NCBI GenBank assembly: GCA_963663475.2 | Contig: CAXXJV010000001.1 | Location: forward strand, 1,760,001 to 1,824,000 | Length of the DNA: 64,000 nt | From: Candidatus Cloacimonadales bacterium | Lineage (GTDB): Bacteria > Cloacimonadota > Cloacimonadia > Cloacimonadales > JAFGVF01 | Direction of reading: 5' to 3' | The notes under the pieces: model-generated | What the model was told of the DNA's origin: nothing | What the model saw: the letters and a program-made list of their open reading frames with translations, nothing else | Database searches by the model: none | Program-made: the position numbers and the translations under genes | Part shown: positions 1-9,354 of the stretch, piece by piece | Layout of the letters: each line of letters starts with the position of its first letter | Position numbering within the stretch: the first letter of the stretch is position 1

Positions 1-189
1 TTCCCTGTAAATTTCGAGCTTACTTGTTCGATTGACTTTCATTAAAGTTTTTTCTACGGTTTCAATGTCTTTTTGTAAGTAACCCATAACTGTTGTTTTA
101 GAGATACTTAACTGTTCTGCTATTTCTCTTATACTCTTGCCATTTTCTCTTAATACTCTTATTGCGTGATACACTTGGACTCCTTTCAT
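1..189 (-). CDS. istA: IS21-family transposase IstA, N-terminal part (truncated by window edge)
   Basis: Hand translation from ATG 189 (RBS AGGAG): MKGVQVYHAIRVLRENGKSIREIAEQLSISKTTVMGYLQ...RTSKLEIYRE. This is an HTH followed by the SKL..Y motif of IstA. Confidence 0.75.
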   Translation of the reverse strand, partial: MKGVQVYHAIRVLRENGKSIREIAEQLSISKTTVMGYLQKDIETVEKTLMKVNRTSKLEIYRE

Positions 190-278
190 ATTGTCTCCTA
201 GATTTCTCTATTTTTTTATCTAGGAAACTGTACCAGATTAAACTGCCATTTGTGTACCAATTTAAAATGCCATCTACA
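1..278 (-). mobile_element. IS21-family insertion sequence, left end (element continues beyond window start)
   Basis: On the minus strand it begins 5'-TGTAGATGGCA at 278. Two 21-bp subterminal direct repeats (229-249 tgtaccagattaaactgccat; 253-273 tgtaccaatttaaaatgccat) are typical of IS21 ends, and an IstA-like ORF follows. Confidence 0.8.
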
Positions 279-327
279 TTCAGCTCGTAAGAGCGGTATG
301 AGAGGGGTGCCGTAAGGCGGGGAGAGT
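279..327 (+). repeat. REP-like repeat A, 5' arm cut off by IS21
   Basis: 49 bp identical to 32785-32833. Confidence 0.85.
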
Positions 328-332
328 AACAC

Positions 333-416
333 AGACCGGAGTTCCTCAGCCGTTGGCAAGGGACTTTGGGCGAAGAGTGTCGGAAGTCGCTACTCCGTGA
401 GCAACTCCCGTCACTC
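333..416 (+). repeat. Dispersed double-hairpin repeat B
   Basis: 84-bp near-identical copy at 49513-49596. The first hairpin alone recurs at 47175-47213 (+) and 61798-61836 (-). Confidence 0.85.
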
Positions 417-493
417 CTAATTAGGGTAAAGAATCTCTTTTTTTCTTATCAGTGTTTTCAGTTACTAAATCTTCTAACTAGTAGATTCTAAAA

Positions 494-514
494 GGCTCAA
501 GTTCAAGTCTGGTG
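494..514 (+). repeat. Short dispersed motif E (GGCTCAAGTTCAAGTCTGGTG), possibly a relic IS end
   Basis: Identical at 52514-52534. Reverse or partial copies at 49484-49499, 49664-49685 and 29471-29484. Confidence 0.6.
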
Positions 515-566
515 TGGGAATAATATAGGAAAATGAGAATATTTCATTAAATATTGATTCATCAAA

Positions 567-838
567 AATCCCTGAAAGGGATAAAATAATTTAGCCCAGG
601 GTAAGATGCTGAAAGTATCGCAACCCTGGGTAAAGATGTCTAGCCCAAAGATATTACCCTGTAAGGGTTTAATAAAATGATAAATAATGCATTATTTGGG
701 ATTATAATAAGTCTATGGTATATATGATGTTATTTAACCCTTTCAGGGTTAGGCTTTGTTTTTCATCACCAGTACCCAGGGTTGCATTCCCTTCAGGAAT
801 TTACCCTGGGCTAAACTATTTATCCCCTTTTGGGGATT
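567..838. repeat. REPIN-like inverted doublet of a ~109-bp triple-hairpin unit (CCCTGAAAGGG / CCCAGGGT..ACCCTGGG / CCCTGTAAGGG)
   Basis: 567-675 and 730-838 are imperfect reverse complements. A related unit lies at 39826-39931, with fragments at 49444-49482 and 58212-58296. Confidence 0.8.
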
Positions 839-1103
839 CAAGACTTATCCCCTCAGGATACATAAAAAAGGTGTCCACTATATTGGTACTTGACATTTCT
901 CTTGTCAGAGGGATAAGAGAAGGTCATCTTCTTTTTCCTTTCTTTCTGACAGTGATATCCAAACTACCAATAAATAAATAAAAATGCGAAATGAATATTG
1001 TTGTCTCTCTATGGCTAAGATTCCTTGGTCTTTGAAACAAGAGTGTCCTGCGACACTGCCTATAATATATTCATGTCTCTGGGCTTAACTAAAAACAATC
1101 CTG

Positions 1104-1198
1104 ATAAAATGTCAAGAAAACCTAAAGAAGGGCAATATTATCGACTTCTTTAAGGATAAACTATTGCAGAAGGTGACTTGATGGTTGAACAGTCTCCA
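1104..1198 (+). repeat. Dispersed ~90-bp hairpin repeat C, copy 1
   Basis: Highly similar to 32885-32982 (+) and 29223-29309 (-). Confidence 0.85.
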
Positions 1199-1229
1199 AA
1201 TATTATAAAGATTTTCTAAAAAATATAAT

Positions 1230-1258
1230 TTGACAAGTCAATTCATAATGCATATAAT
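1230..1258 (+). promoter_or_regulatory. Sigma70 promoter of the EPS operon
   Basis: TTGACA-17 bp-TATAAT, a perfect consensus, 123 nt upstream of the first CDS. Confidence 0.85.
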
Positions 1259-1381
1259 GTCTTATGATGAGTGATAAACTAACTAAGCAGGCTTTTTTCA
1301 TAAGTAAAATTTATGATATTGTCATGATATTGATTGATTTAAGGTATAGATTAAATTCAAAAATAATGATTGGGGTGAACA

Positions 1382-3772
1382 GTGAAAAAGAAAATTTTAT
1401 ATATTGATGTGCCCTTCTATGGTATCCACGGTGGAGATAAAAATAGATCAAACTTTTTATGGAAAATACTTAAAGAAAATTTTCAAGCTGATTTATTACT
1501 TTTAACAGATGATAAATCCTCCACCACAATTAATGACCACCATTGCGAAAATAATACATATTTTTTAGAAGTTTTGCCTAATAGTAGCAGAAGTCCTGAT
1601 GCAATCTATGATTTCTCGAAAACAGAGTTAGAGAATTTTTCCAATATTCTAAGATCAAATGATTATGATATTATTTTTGTTAGATTTATTTCTCCTGGTT
1701 TCTTAGCAATTCAGGCTGGAAAAGTTTTACCAGAAGCTCAGATATTCGTAGATGTCGATATGCTCTTTTCCCGAATTGCAGCAATGAACTGGGCTGATAA
1801 CCCTAGTATTATTAAGAACAGATACTTCTATAAAGAAAAAAGAAAACTAGAAAAATTTGAAATTATGTTCTTCAAAAAGAACTTCACCTTTCTTTTTACT
1901 AATGATTATGAAAGAAATTCTATTATTGAAAAATTAAAACTTCAACACAGGCAAAAATATTTTAAAGTCCTACCAAATATGCTTAAAAAAGTTTCGGCAG
2001 AGGATATTGTAGGACTTCAGGAAGATAAGTATATTTTAATATTTGGGACAATGAATTCAGTGGCTAACCAAGATGGGTTTAAATTCTTTGTAACTGAGAT
2101 TTATCCTTATGTAAGATCAGTTTTAGCTGATTTAGGTATAAAAGTACTTGTTGTTGGTAAAAATCCCCTAGCCTGGCAATATGAATATCAGGATGATATT
2201 TTGCAGATAGTTGGACCTGTTGATGACATAAACTCTTATATCAAAAATGCTATCTTAGTTTTCTTACCTTTAAGAATAGCTTCAGGAACTAGGACAAGGA
2301 TTCTAGAAGCAGCTGCTTTAAAACGTCCTGTTTTTACATCTAATATTGGGGCTGAAGGCTTTAACTTTGCTCCTGACGAAATGTTAATAGAAGACTATCC
2401 AGAAGAAATAATTCCCAAGTTAATTTATTTCTTAAAGAAACCTGAGGAATACATAGAGATGGGTGAAAAACTGTATAAAAAATGTATGGAACTATATGAA
2501 GAGAGTGTAGTAGCTAAGCAATTATTAGACTTCACTCAAGAGAGTTATAAATACGAAGTCAAGGATCGTACGGGAGAAAAGATGAAAGTAAATGCAGGAA
2601 AAAGAATTTGTATTGTTACTAATAGGTTCTATCCAGAAGTAGGAGGAGCAGAAACTAATATTTATTATCAGGCTAGAATGCTAGCTGAATCTAATGATGT
2701 GACTGTTATTTGCCCTAAAAGAATTGATAAGCCTTATTTAGAAGTTATGGATGGTATTACAGTATATCGCTTGAAAGACTTTTATAATAGAAAGAAAGAA
2801 TACCCAAATAAGGCAGCTAAAACCCTTTGTTTTGATGTCTTTGGTTTAATATATTTTGGAAACTATGATGTTGTGCAAGTTTTTCCTGCTATTAACCCTA
2901 ATAATATGATTGCCTTCTTTGCTGCCAAACTCTCCAAAACACCTATAATACTAGCCTCATTTGACTATTTAGATTATGCCTCTATTATCAAAAAAGAAGG
3001 GACTATTAATCCTAATATTTTAAGATTCCATAAGCCTAAGGCAAAGCAAATTTACTTCTTGAAAAGATTTGATTATATTTTTGCAATTTCAGATAAAGAA
3101 ATTGAATTCTATAAAAAATATAATAAAAATGTTGAATACTCTCCAGTTCCTATCCTGCTAGATGAATATAAGGGAGAAAAAACTAATCCAAGACAAAAAT
3201 ATGATATAGCAAATTCAGATTTTGTTTACCTGGTATTAGGAAGAGTATGTAATGTTAAGGGACAAGATATTGCTCTAAGAGCCTTTAAGGAAGTCTGTAA
3301 GGAAATTCCTAAAGCTCGTTTAGTCTTTGTGGGAAGATTTGATTATGAACCTGACTTCTATGATGAAATGCAAAAATATATTAGGAAAAATGACTTATCA
3401 GATAAGGTAACTTTCACAGGTATGATAGAAAGGGATGAAGTACTCGGCTGGTTAAGATATGCTGATGTGCATGTAATCCCAGTTCGTTTTATGAATTCTG
3501 GCGCTGTGGTAGTTGAATCATGGATAAGCGATACGCCAGTTATTCAAAGTGATGTTGTAGATCCAAACTTGGTAGTAGAAGGCGAAAATGGTTATCTTTT
3601 CCCAAGAGAAGACTCAAAAACTTGTGCCACTAAGATGATTAAAGCTTATAATGAAAGAGCTAATTTGAAAGACTTAGCCAAAAAAGGTAAGGAATTAGTC
3701 GAAAAGAAATATACTTATCAATACTTGACTAACCTATATTTACGTGTTTATGATAGCTTAAAGAAGAGATAA
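1382..3772 (+). CDS. Tandem (double) GT4 glycosyltransferase
   Basis: Two GT-B modules: one with GTRTRILEAAA, the other with NRFYPEVGGAE...KGQD...VVESW. GTG start. Confidence 0.85.
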   Translation: MKKKILYIDVPFYGIHGGDKNRSNFLWKILKENFQADLLLLTDDKSSTTINDHHCENNTYFLEVLPNSSRSPDAIYDFSKTELENFSNILRSNDYDIIFVRFISPGFLAIQAGKVLPEAQIFVDVDMLFSRIAAMNWADNPSIIKNRYFYKEKRKLEKFEIMFFKKNFTFLFTNDYERNSIIEKLKLQHRQKYFKVLPNMLKKVSAEDIVGLQEDKYILIFGTMNSVANQDGFKFFVTEIYPYVRSVLADLGIKVLVVGKNPLAWQYEYQDDILQIVGPVDDINSYIKNAILVFLPLRIASGTRTRILEAAALKRPVFTSNIGAEGFNFAPDEMLIEDYPEEIIPKLIYFLKKPEEYIEMGEKLYKKCMELYEESVVAKQLLDFTQESYKYEVKDRTGEKMKVNAGKRICIVTNRFYPEVGGAETNIYYQARMLAESNDVTVICPKRIDKPYLEVMDGITVYRLKDFYNRKKEYPNKAAKTLCFDVFGLIYFGNYDVVQVFPAINPNNMIAFFAAKLSKTPIILASFDYLDYASIIKKEGTINPNILRFHKPKAKQIYFLKRFDYIFAISDKEIEFYKKYNKNVEYSPVPILLDEYKGEKTNPRQKYDIANSDFVYLVLGRVCNVKGQDIALRAFKEVCKEIPKARLVFVGRFDYEPDFYDEMQKYIRKNDLSDKVTFTGMIERDEVLGWLRYADVHVIPVRFMNSGAVVVESWISDTPVIQSDVVDPNLVVEGENGYLFPREDSKTCATKMIKAYNERANLKDLAKKGKELVEKKYTYQYLTNLYLRVYDSLKKR

Positions 3773-3775
3773 TTA

Positions 3776-4948
3776 ATGAAAGCTCTAATTGCACACACCC
3801 TCTACGGCTATGTAGGGGGGATTGAAAGATATATTCATAAGGTCGGTTCTCTCTTAAAGAAAGAGGGATGGACCTTATATGGTTTGTTTGAATCAAAAGT
3901 AGATAATGTTGGAGATTTTGGTAACATTTATGATGAAGTATTCTTTGCTAATGACAACAATATAGATTCTCTGATCAAAGAATTTTATTCTCTTGATATT
4001 GAAGTAGTTTTTATTCATAAGAGTAATAATGTTAATATATTATCAGCTTTGAATAAAAACTTTTTTACTATTTCCACAATCCATGATCATGATTACTATT
4101 GTTTTAGGCATCATAAGTATTTCCCCATTAAGAGAATTAACTGCCCCTTACCCATGAACAGGATTTACTGTTCAATATGTTCACTCTTAATTAAGAAAGA
4201 TAAATCAAAAGCCTTGGGACTTTCTCTTATCAATGCCAATGAAAAAATCGCCTTAGCAGAAGAAATCAAAGACGCTGATGCTACTATTGTTCTCTCTAAA
4301 TATATGATGAGAAATCTCGATCTTAACCGGTGGAATATTGATACTGTATATAGGATATATCCAATTCACCAGGTTACTAATAGTGCTCAGCTCCCCTTTA
4401 CTAAGACTTATAGTGCTAAGTATCTCTATGTCGGTCAATTAATTCGAGGTAAGGGAGTAGATATTCTGATCGAAGCCTGCCGGCATCTGCAACATGATTA
4501 TACTCTTAAAATTCTTGGTAATGGTAACGATTATGATTATCTAGATAAAATGATAAAACTTTATGGCCTGCACAAACATATAGAACTTGTAGGCTGGGTA
4601 GATGATGTAGAAAAATACTATTCTGAAGCTGATTTGGTAATTGTTCCCTCAAGATGGCAAGAACCCTTTGGCTTGATAGGTATAGAAGCTTTTAGTAGAA
4701 AAGTACCTGTGCTTGGCTTTGATGTAGGAGGAATATCAGAATGGCTACATCATAAAAAGAATGGTTATCTGGTTAAAAAAAGAACTTTTGAAGGACTTGT
4801 AGAAGGTCTGGAATATATTGATAAAAACCCTGAATTACTTAGCAAGTGGGGCCAAGCTGCTTATGATTACGTTAAAGATAACTATTGTGAAGAGTGCTTT
4901 CTTAGATCAATCAAAGATATTTTAAATAAAGCTAAGGTGAAATTCTAA
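3776..4948 (+). CDS. GT4 glycosyltransferase
   Basis: GGIERY, HDHDYYC, KGVD and PSRWQEPFGLIGIEA motifs. Confidence 0.9.
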   Translation: MKALIAHTLYGYVGGIERYIHKVGSLLKKEGWTLYGLFESKVDNVGDFGNIYDEVFFANDNNIDSLIKEFYSLDIEVVFIHKSNNVNILSALNKNFFTISTIHDHDYYCFRHHKYFPIKRINCPLPMNRIYCSICSLLIKKDKSKALGLSLINANEKIALAEEIKDADATIVLSKYMMRNLDLNRWNIDTVYRIYPIHQVTNSAQLPFTKTYSAKYLYVGQLIRGKGVDILIEACRHLQHDYTLKILGNGNDYDYLDKMIKLYGLHKHIELVGWVDDVEKYYSEADLVIVPSRWQEPFGLIGIEAFSRKVPVLGFDVGGISEWLHHKKNGYLVKKRTFEGLVEGLEYIDKNPELLSKWGQAAYDYVKDNYCEECFLRSIKDILNKAKVKF

Positions 4949-6252
4949 TGACTCATGCAGAATTAGTTACACTAATAAAAAAGAAATATGAGAATAAAAA
5001 GCATTTATACATTCTTAAATGTTTAAAGTTTTTAACCTCAAAAGTATTTCAAGTTATTTTTGTCTTACTGATTTTCTTTTCTTTTTCACTTCCAATCTAT
5101 ATTATTTTAACCTTAAGGAAACTCTTTAAAGGCTTGCCTATCTATAAAAATAAGGAAATAATTGGACATAGGTCTAGCTTGATTAACCTAAAACTTTATA
5201 ATATTGAAGGTTTTTTACTAACTAAAACTTCTCTTCTATCCTATATACTCAAAGGTAAAATAAACTTTGTTGGCTCTTCTTTCTTAGAAAAAGATTTTCT
5301 CGATGATGAAAAAACTTCTCTTATTTTTACTTATGGGTATCCAGGAATCTTTAACCTTTGGTTTATTCGTCAAAGTACTAAGATAGCCCATGAAGGAGTT
5401 CTAGACACAGAAATTGAATACTTGGCGACTAAAAGTCTAAAAAGAGATTTATCAATAATTATTAAAACTTTTCCAGCCTTATTATATCGTAGCAAAGGTG
5501 GAGAATATAAAAGCAAACTCAATATATTCGATATGGAATTTGATAATATTTCTATGAAAGAAGGAATAGATTTAATTGATAGAACAATAGAAAATGGGGA
5601 AAAAAAGAAATTTTTCTTTGTTAATCCCGATTGTATGAATAAATTATATGTAAATAAAGAGTATTTTTCTATCTTAGAAAAAGCTGATTACGTATTTCCA
5701 GATGGGATTGGCATTAGTATTGCTTGTAATATTTTGAAAACTCCTCTTCTGGAAAATGTTAATGGAACTGATATGTTACCTTTCTTATGCCAACTGAGTC
5801 AAAAAAGAGATTATTCAATCTTTCTTTTTGGTGCAAAACCTGGGGTAGCAAAAAAAATGAAAAAAAAGCTTGAAGAAAAATTTCCTAATCTTAAAATTGC
5901 TGGTGTTCGCGATGGTTACTTTGATTGGACCAAGGATACTAATAAAATTATTCAAGAGATAAACTCATCTCAAGCTAATATTTTATTGGTTGCTTTTGGA
6001 GTCCCTTTACAAGAAAAGTGGATTGAGCTTAACTTCAATAAGCTAAAACCACAAGTTTTGATGGGAGTAGGTGGTTTGTTTGACTTCTATTCTGGTCAGA
6101 TGAAAAGAGCACCAAAATGGATGCGAGAAATCGGAATGGAGTGGTTATTTAGATTACTAAAAGAACCTAAAAGAATGTGGAAACGATATATTATCGGTAA
6201 CCCTCTTTTTATATATCGTGTATATAAATGGAAAAATAAAAGAAATAGGTGA
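4948..6252 (+). CDS. WecB/TagA/CpsF (GT26) glycosyltransferase with N-terminal degenerate sugar-transferase domain
   Basis: C-terminal PDGIG, VNGTD, VAFGVPLQEKW, GVGGLFDF and RAPKWMREIGMEW motifs. Confidence 0.9.
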   Translation: MTHAELVTLIKKKYENKKHLYILKCLKFLTSKVFQVIFVLLIFFSFSLPIYIILTLRKLFKGLPIYKNKEIIGHRSSLINLKLYNIEGFLLTKTSLLSYILKGKINFVGSSFLEKDFLDDEKTSLIFTYGYPGIFNLWFIRQSTKIAHEGVLDTEIEYLATKSLKRDLSIIIKTFPALLYRSKGGEYKSKLNIFDMEFDNISMKEGIDLIDRTIENGEKKKFFFVNPDCMNKLYVNKEYFSILEKADYVFPDGIGISIACNILKTPLLENVNGTDMLPFLCQLSQKRDYSIFLFGAKPGVAKKMKKKLEEKFPNLKIAGVRDGYFDWTKDTNKIIQEINSSQANILLVAFGVPLQEKWIELNFNKLKPQVLMGVGGLFDFYSGQMKRAPKWMREIGMEWLFRLLKEPKRMWKRYIIGNPLFIYRVYKWKNKRNR

Positions 6253-6256
6253 TTCT

Positions 6257-6970
6257 ATGGATAAAAGAATTAGAGAACAGAGAATTGAAAGATTGATGAG
6301 ATTGACACAGAAAAAGAATAAGTCTTCTATCTCATTTAAAATTGCCTTGTGGGATTATACAATAAAATCTGTCATTATGTTTAAGAAGTTTCTTGATGTA
6401 GTAGCTTCCTTAATCTTGATAATTTTACTGTCACCAGTCTTTATTATTACAGCTTTATTTATCTATATAGAAGACCCTGGTCCTGTTTTCTATATCGCCC
6501 CAAGAGTTGGTAAAGATGGGAAACACTTTGGCTTTATCAAGTTCAGATCTATGGTTATGAATGCTGATAAGATAAAAGATCAACTTCTTGATAAGAATGA
6601 ATCTAAAGCTGGTGTTATCTTCAAAATGAAGAAAGATCCAAGAGTGACTAAAACTGGGAGATTTATCAGACGCTTTAGTATTGATGAACTTCCTCAGTTG
6701 TTTAATGTGCTAAAAGGGGATATGAGTCTGGTTGGCCCTAGACCACCACTACCTCGTGAAGTTGCAGAATACACTTTATTAGACAGGAAAAGGCTTCATG
6801 TAATGCCAGGTATAACCTGCTTATGGCAAGTTAAAGGAAGGAGTGATATACCTTTTGATGAACAAGTTCAACTTGATATGCAATACATAAAATCAAGCTC
6901 TTTTTGGAAAGATATCAAAATTTTGATTATGACTATTCCCGCTGTTATTAGCGGTAAAGGTGCTTATTAA
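6257..6970 (+). CDS. Initiating phosphoglycosyl transferase (Bac_transf, WcaJ/ExoY-like)
   Basis: KFRSM, DPRVT, SIDELPQLFNVLKGDMSLVGPRP and PGIT motifs. ATG 6257 follows an AGGTGA RBS. Confidence 0.92.
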   Translation: MDKRIREQRIERLMRLTQKKNKSSISFKIALWDYTIKSVIMFKKFLDVVASLILIILLSPVFIITALFIYIEDPGPVFYIAPRVGKDGKHFGFIKFRSMVMNADKIKDQLLDKNESKAGVIFKMKKDPRVTKTGRFIRRFSIDELPQLFNVLKGDMSLVGPRPPLPREVAEYTLLDRKRLHVMPGITCLWQVKGRSDIPFDEQVQLDMQYIKSSSFWKDIKILIMTIPAVISGKGAY

Positions 6971-6997
6971 CAATAAATATAAACATTTGGAGGAAAA

Positions 6998-7336
6998 ATG
7001 GAATTAAGTTTTGAAATGAAAGATAATGTTGGTGTTTTGAAAGTATCAGGAAGATTAGATGCCTATAATTCGGCTGAATTTAAAGATAATTTTACTAAAT
7101 ATACTGAACAAACAGTAAACTTTGTCCTGGACTTGAGTAGTCTTGACTTTCTAGATAGTACAGGTCTTGGCTCTTTGGTTGCCTGCTTAAAAGCTATATC
7201 TGAAAAAGATGGGGATATCAGAATAGCAAACATGTCTGAAAAACCTCGTATGGTTTTCGAGATTACAAGAGCTTATAAGATTTTTGAAATTTTCGATGAT
7301 GTTGATGTTGCAGTAATGAGTTATGAGGCTGATTAA
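6998..7336 (+). CDS. STAS-domain anti-sigma-factor antagonist (SpoIIAA/RsbV/SypA-like)
   Basis: GRLDA and FLDSTGLG with the phosphorylatable Ser. GGAGG RBS. Confidence 0.9.
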   Translation: MELSFEMKDNVGVLKVSGRLDAYNSAEFKDNFTKYTEQTVNFVLDLSSLDFLDSTGLGSLVACLKAISEKDGDIRIANMSEKPRMVFEITRAYKIFEIFDDVDVAVMSYEAD

Positions 7337-7349
7337 TTCAGAGGTATAA

Positions 7350-8738
7350 ATGAAATGTTTAATTTTTACAAAAATTGATGATGTATCTTGGGTAAATGAT
7401 TGTTTTGATAAAACTAACCCTTATTTACTTAAAATTGTTAATAAACCTTTATTAGAATACTTTATCGACTTCTGTTCAACACTGCAAATAAGTGAAATAA
7501 AAATAGTTAGTAATAAAGCAACTACAAGTTTAAGTGACTTTTTTAAAGATGGGAAAAAATGGGGTGTAGAAATAGATTATAATATTTCTAAACCAGAAGA
7601 TAATCTCAAGCGAGTAGTTTTAAAAAACTATTCTTTTTGTAAAAATAATGATGTTTTAATCTTTTCAGACTTCTTCTTTTTGGAGTATGATATAAGAAAT
7701 ATTTCTGCCAAAAAAGAAGAAGTTTTTAATTTTCTAAAAGCAAACAAAAGTAGAAATTTACAAATTCTAAGTAAAGATCAATCTTTTAAAGATATTGAAA
7801 TGGAGAAAGATTTACCTGAAAACCATTTGATAAATATTAGCTATATCAGAGATGTTAAAAAGTATTTTTCTCTCTCTATGGATATACTCAGTAATCGCTG
7901 TTGTAATTATGTGCTTCCTGGCTATAGCTCAGAACCAAGAACTTATCTAGGCATGAATGTTACATATCCAAAATCTACAACTATTGATACCCCTGTTATG
8001 ATAGGTAATAATGTAAGATTAGGCGAGATGGTAGCTATAGGTAAAAATAGTGTTATTGGAGATAATATAATTATTGAATCTTTATCTAACATCTCTAATA
8101 GTATTATTTATAGTGATTCCTTTGTGGGAGGTGATTTAGAGATAGATAATAAGATAATCTACCATAATAAGCTAATTTCAGGTACTAGTGGGGAAATTAT
8201 CATCATGGATGATGATTATCTTATCTCAAGTATTAGTAAGGAAAAGAAAGTTGGGAAAATACAAAGAGTATTCCATATCCTCTTAGCCTTAATCCAAATC
8301 ATTATTCAAACAATACCATTTCTTTTAATATCACCTGTTTTGCTTATTCTACATAAAAAATATCACTTAACACAAATTTATTATCTATCAAAAGATAAAC
8401 AAATAAAAAGGATGTTTAGTGTGGATAATGCTAGAAAACATCCTTTCATAAAATTTATTAAGAAATTCGCCTTAGATAAATACCCTTATCTATTCTATGT
8501 TTTGTCAGGTAAACTCTTGTTAGTAGGTAACAAAGCTTATACAATGACCAGAAAACATAAGAAAATTATCACTAATCTACCTTATTATCATCCTGGAGTT
8601 TATAGTTACTGGGAAAGCTTAAATCAAGGCTTTGCTTCAGAAGAAGAAATTCATGAACTCTACTACATAAATAATAACACTTTTTGGAGTAATATCTATA
8701 TCTACTGCAAAATCAACTTCTTAAGGTTATTCTGGTAA
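7350..8738 (+). CDS. NDP-sugar pyrophosphorylase-like protein: degenerate NTP-transferase, hexapeptide repeats, C-terminal degenerate sugar-transferase domain
   Basis: PYLLKIVNKPLLEY, DGKKWGVEIDY, PVMIGNNVRLG repeats and FALDKYPYLFYVLSGKLLLVG. Confidence 0.7.
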   Translation: MKCLIFTKIDDVSWVNDCFDKTNPYLLKIVNKPLLEYFIDFCSTLQISEIKIVSNKATTSLSDFFKDGKKWGVEIDYNISKPEDNLKRVVLKNYSFCKNNDVLIFSDFFFLEYDIRNISAKKEEVFNFLKANKSRNLQILSKDQSFKDIEMEKDLPENHLINISYIRDVKKYFSLSMDILSNRCCNYVLPGYSSEPRTYLGMNVTYPKSTTIDTPVMIGNNVRLGEMVAIGKNSVIGDNIIIESLSNISNSIIYSDSFVGGDLEIDNKIIYHNKLISGTSGEIIIMDDDYLISSISKEKKVGKIQRVFHILLALIQIIIQTIPFLLISPVLLILHKKYHLTQIYYLSKDKQIKRMFSVDNARKHPFIKFIKKFALDKYPYLFYVLSGKLLLVGNKAYTMTRKHKKIITNLPYYHPGVYSYWESLNQGFASEEEIHELYYINNNTFWSNIYIYCKINFLRLFW

Positions 8739-8742
8739 GCTT

Positions 8743-9351
8743 ATGCATTTAATCCTAATTGGTGGCGGTACATCTTCTGGCAAAACTACAATTGCCAATC
8801 AGATAACTAGTCAACTTAACAATCAAAATGTTTATACTTTTTCGCATGATAACTACTACTATGATTTAGCTAATTTGACTCCTGAGGAAATTAAAAAAAT
8901 AAACTTTGATCATCCTGATGCTATTGATAGTAAAAGCTTGATCTCTGATGTCAAGAAGATACTAGCTAAAGAAGAAATCTATATCCCAGATTATGATTTT
9001 ATCACACATAGGAGAATTAAGGGCGAGTATATCAATAATAGCTACGATGTCATCATCTTGGAAGGAATCTTCGCTCTCTACTTTCCTGAACTTGTTAAAC
9101 TAGCTTCCCTGAAAATCTTTGTGGAAACTGATGCAGATTTAAGACTTGCAAGAAGAATTGATAGGGATATTAACGAACGTGGATTTACTATTAATGAAGT
9201 CTTAAATCAATATATCTCTACTGTAAAACCTATGCATGATATCTTCATTGAGGGAACTAAAAAACAAGCTGATATAATAATTCCTGGAGAAAAGAAATTC
9301 GATAGAGTTTTAATTATGATTAATGGCTTTTTAAAAGAACTATTGGGGTAG
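8743..9351 (+). CDS. udk: Uridine kinase
   Basis: GGTSSGKTT, HDNYY, NFDHPDAID, YDFITHRR, LEGIF and RRIDRDINERG motifs. Confidence 0.9.
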   Translation: MHLILIGGGTSSGKTTIANQITSQLNNQNVYTFSHDNYYYDLANLTPEEIKKINFDHPDAIDSKSLISDVKKILAKEEIYIPDYDFITHRRIKGEYINNSYDVIILEGIFALYFPELVKLASLKIFVETDADLRLARRIDRDINERGFTINEVLNQYISTVKPMHDIFIEGTKKQADIIIPGEKKFDRVLIMINGFLKELLG

Positions 9352-9354
9352 AAA

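Noticed and set aside
715-981. 88-aa ORF
   Set aside because: It lies over a REPIN arm and hairpins. It shares DSRLIP with ORF 49418-49690 only because both cross the same repeat.
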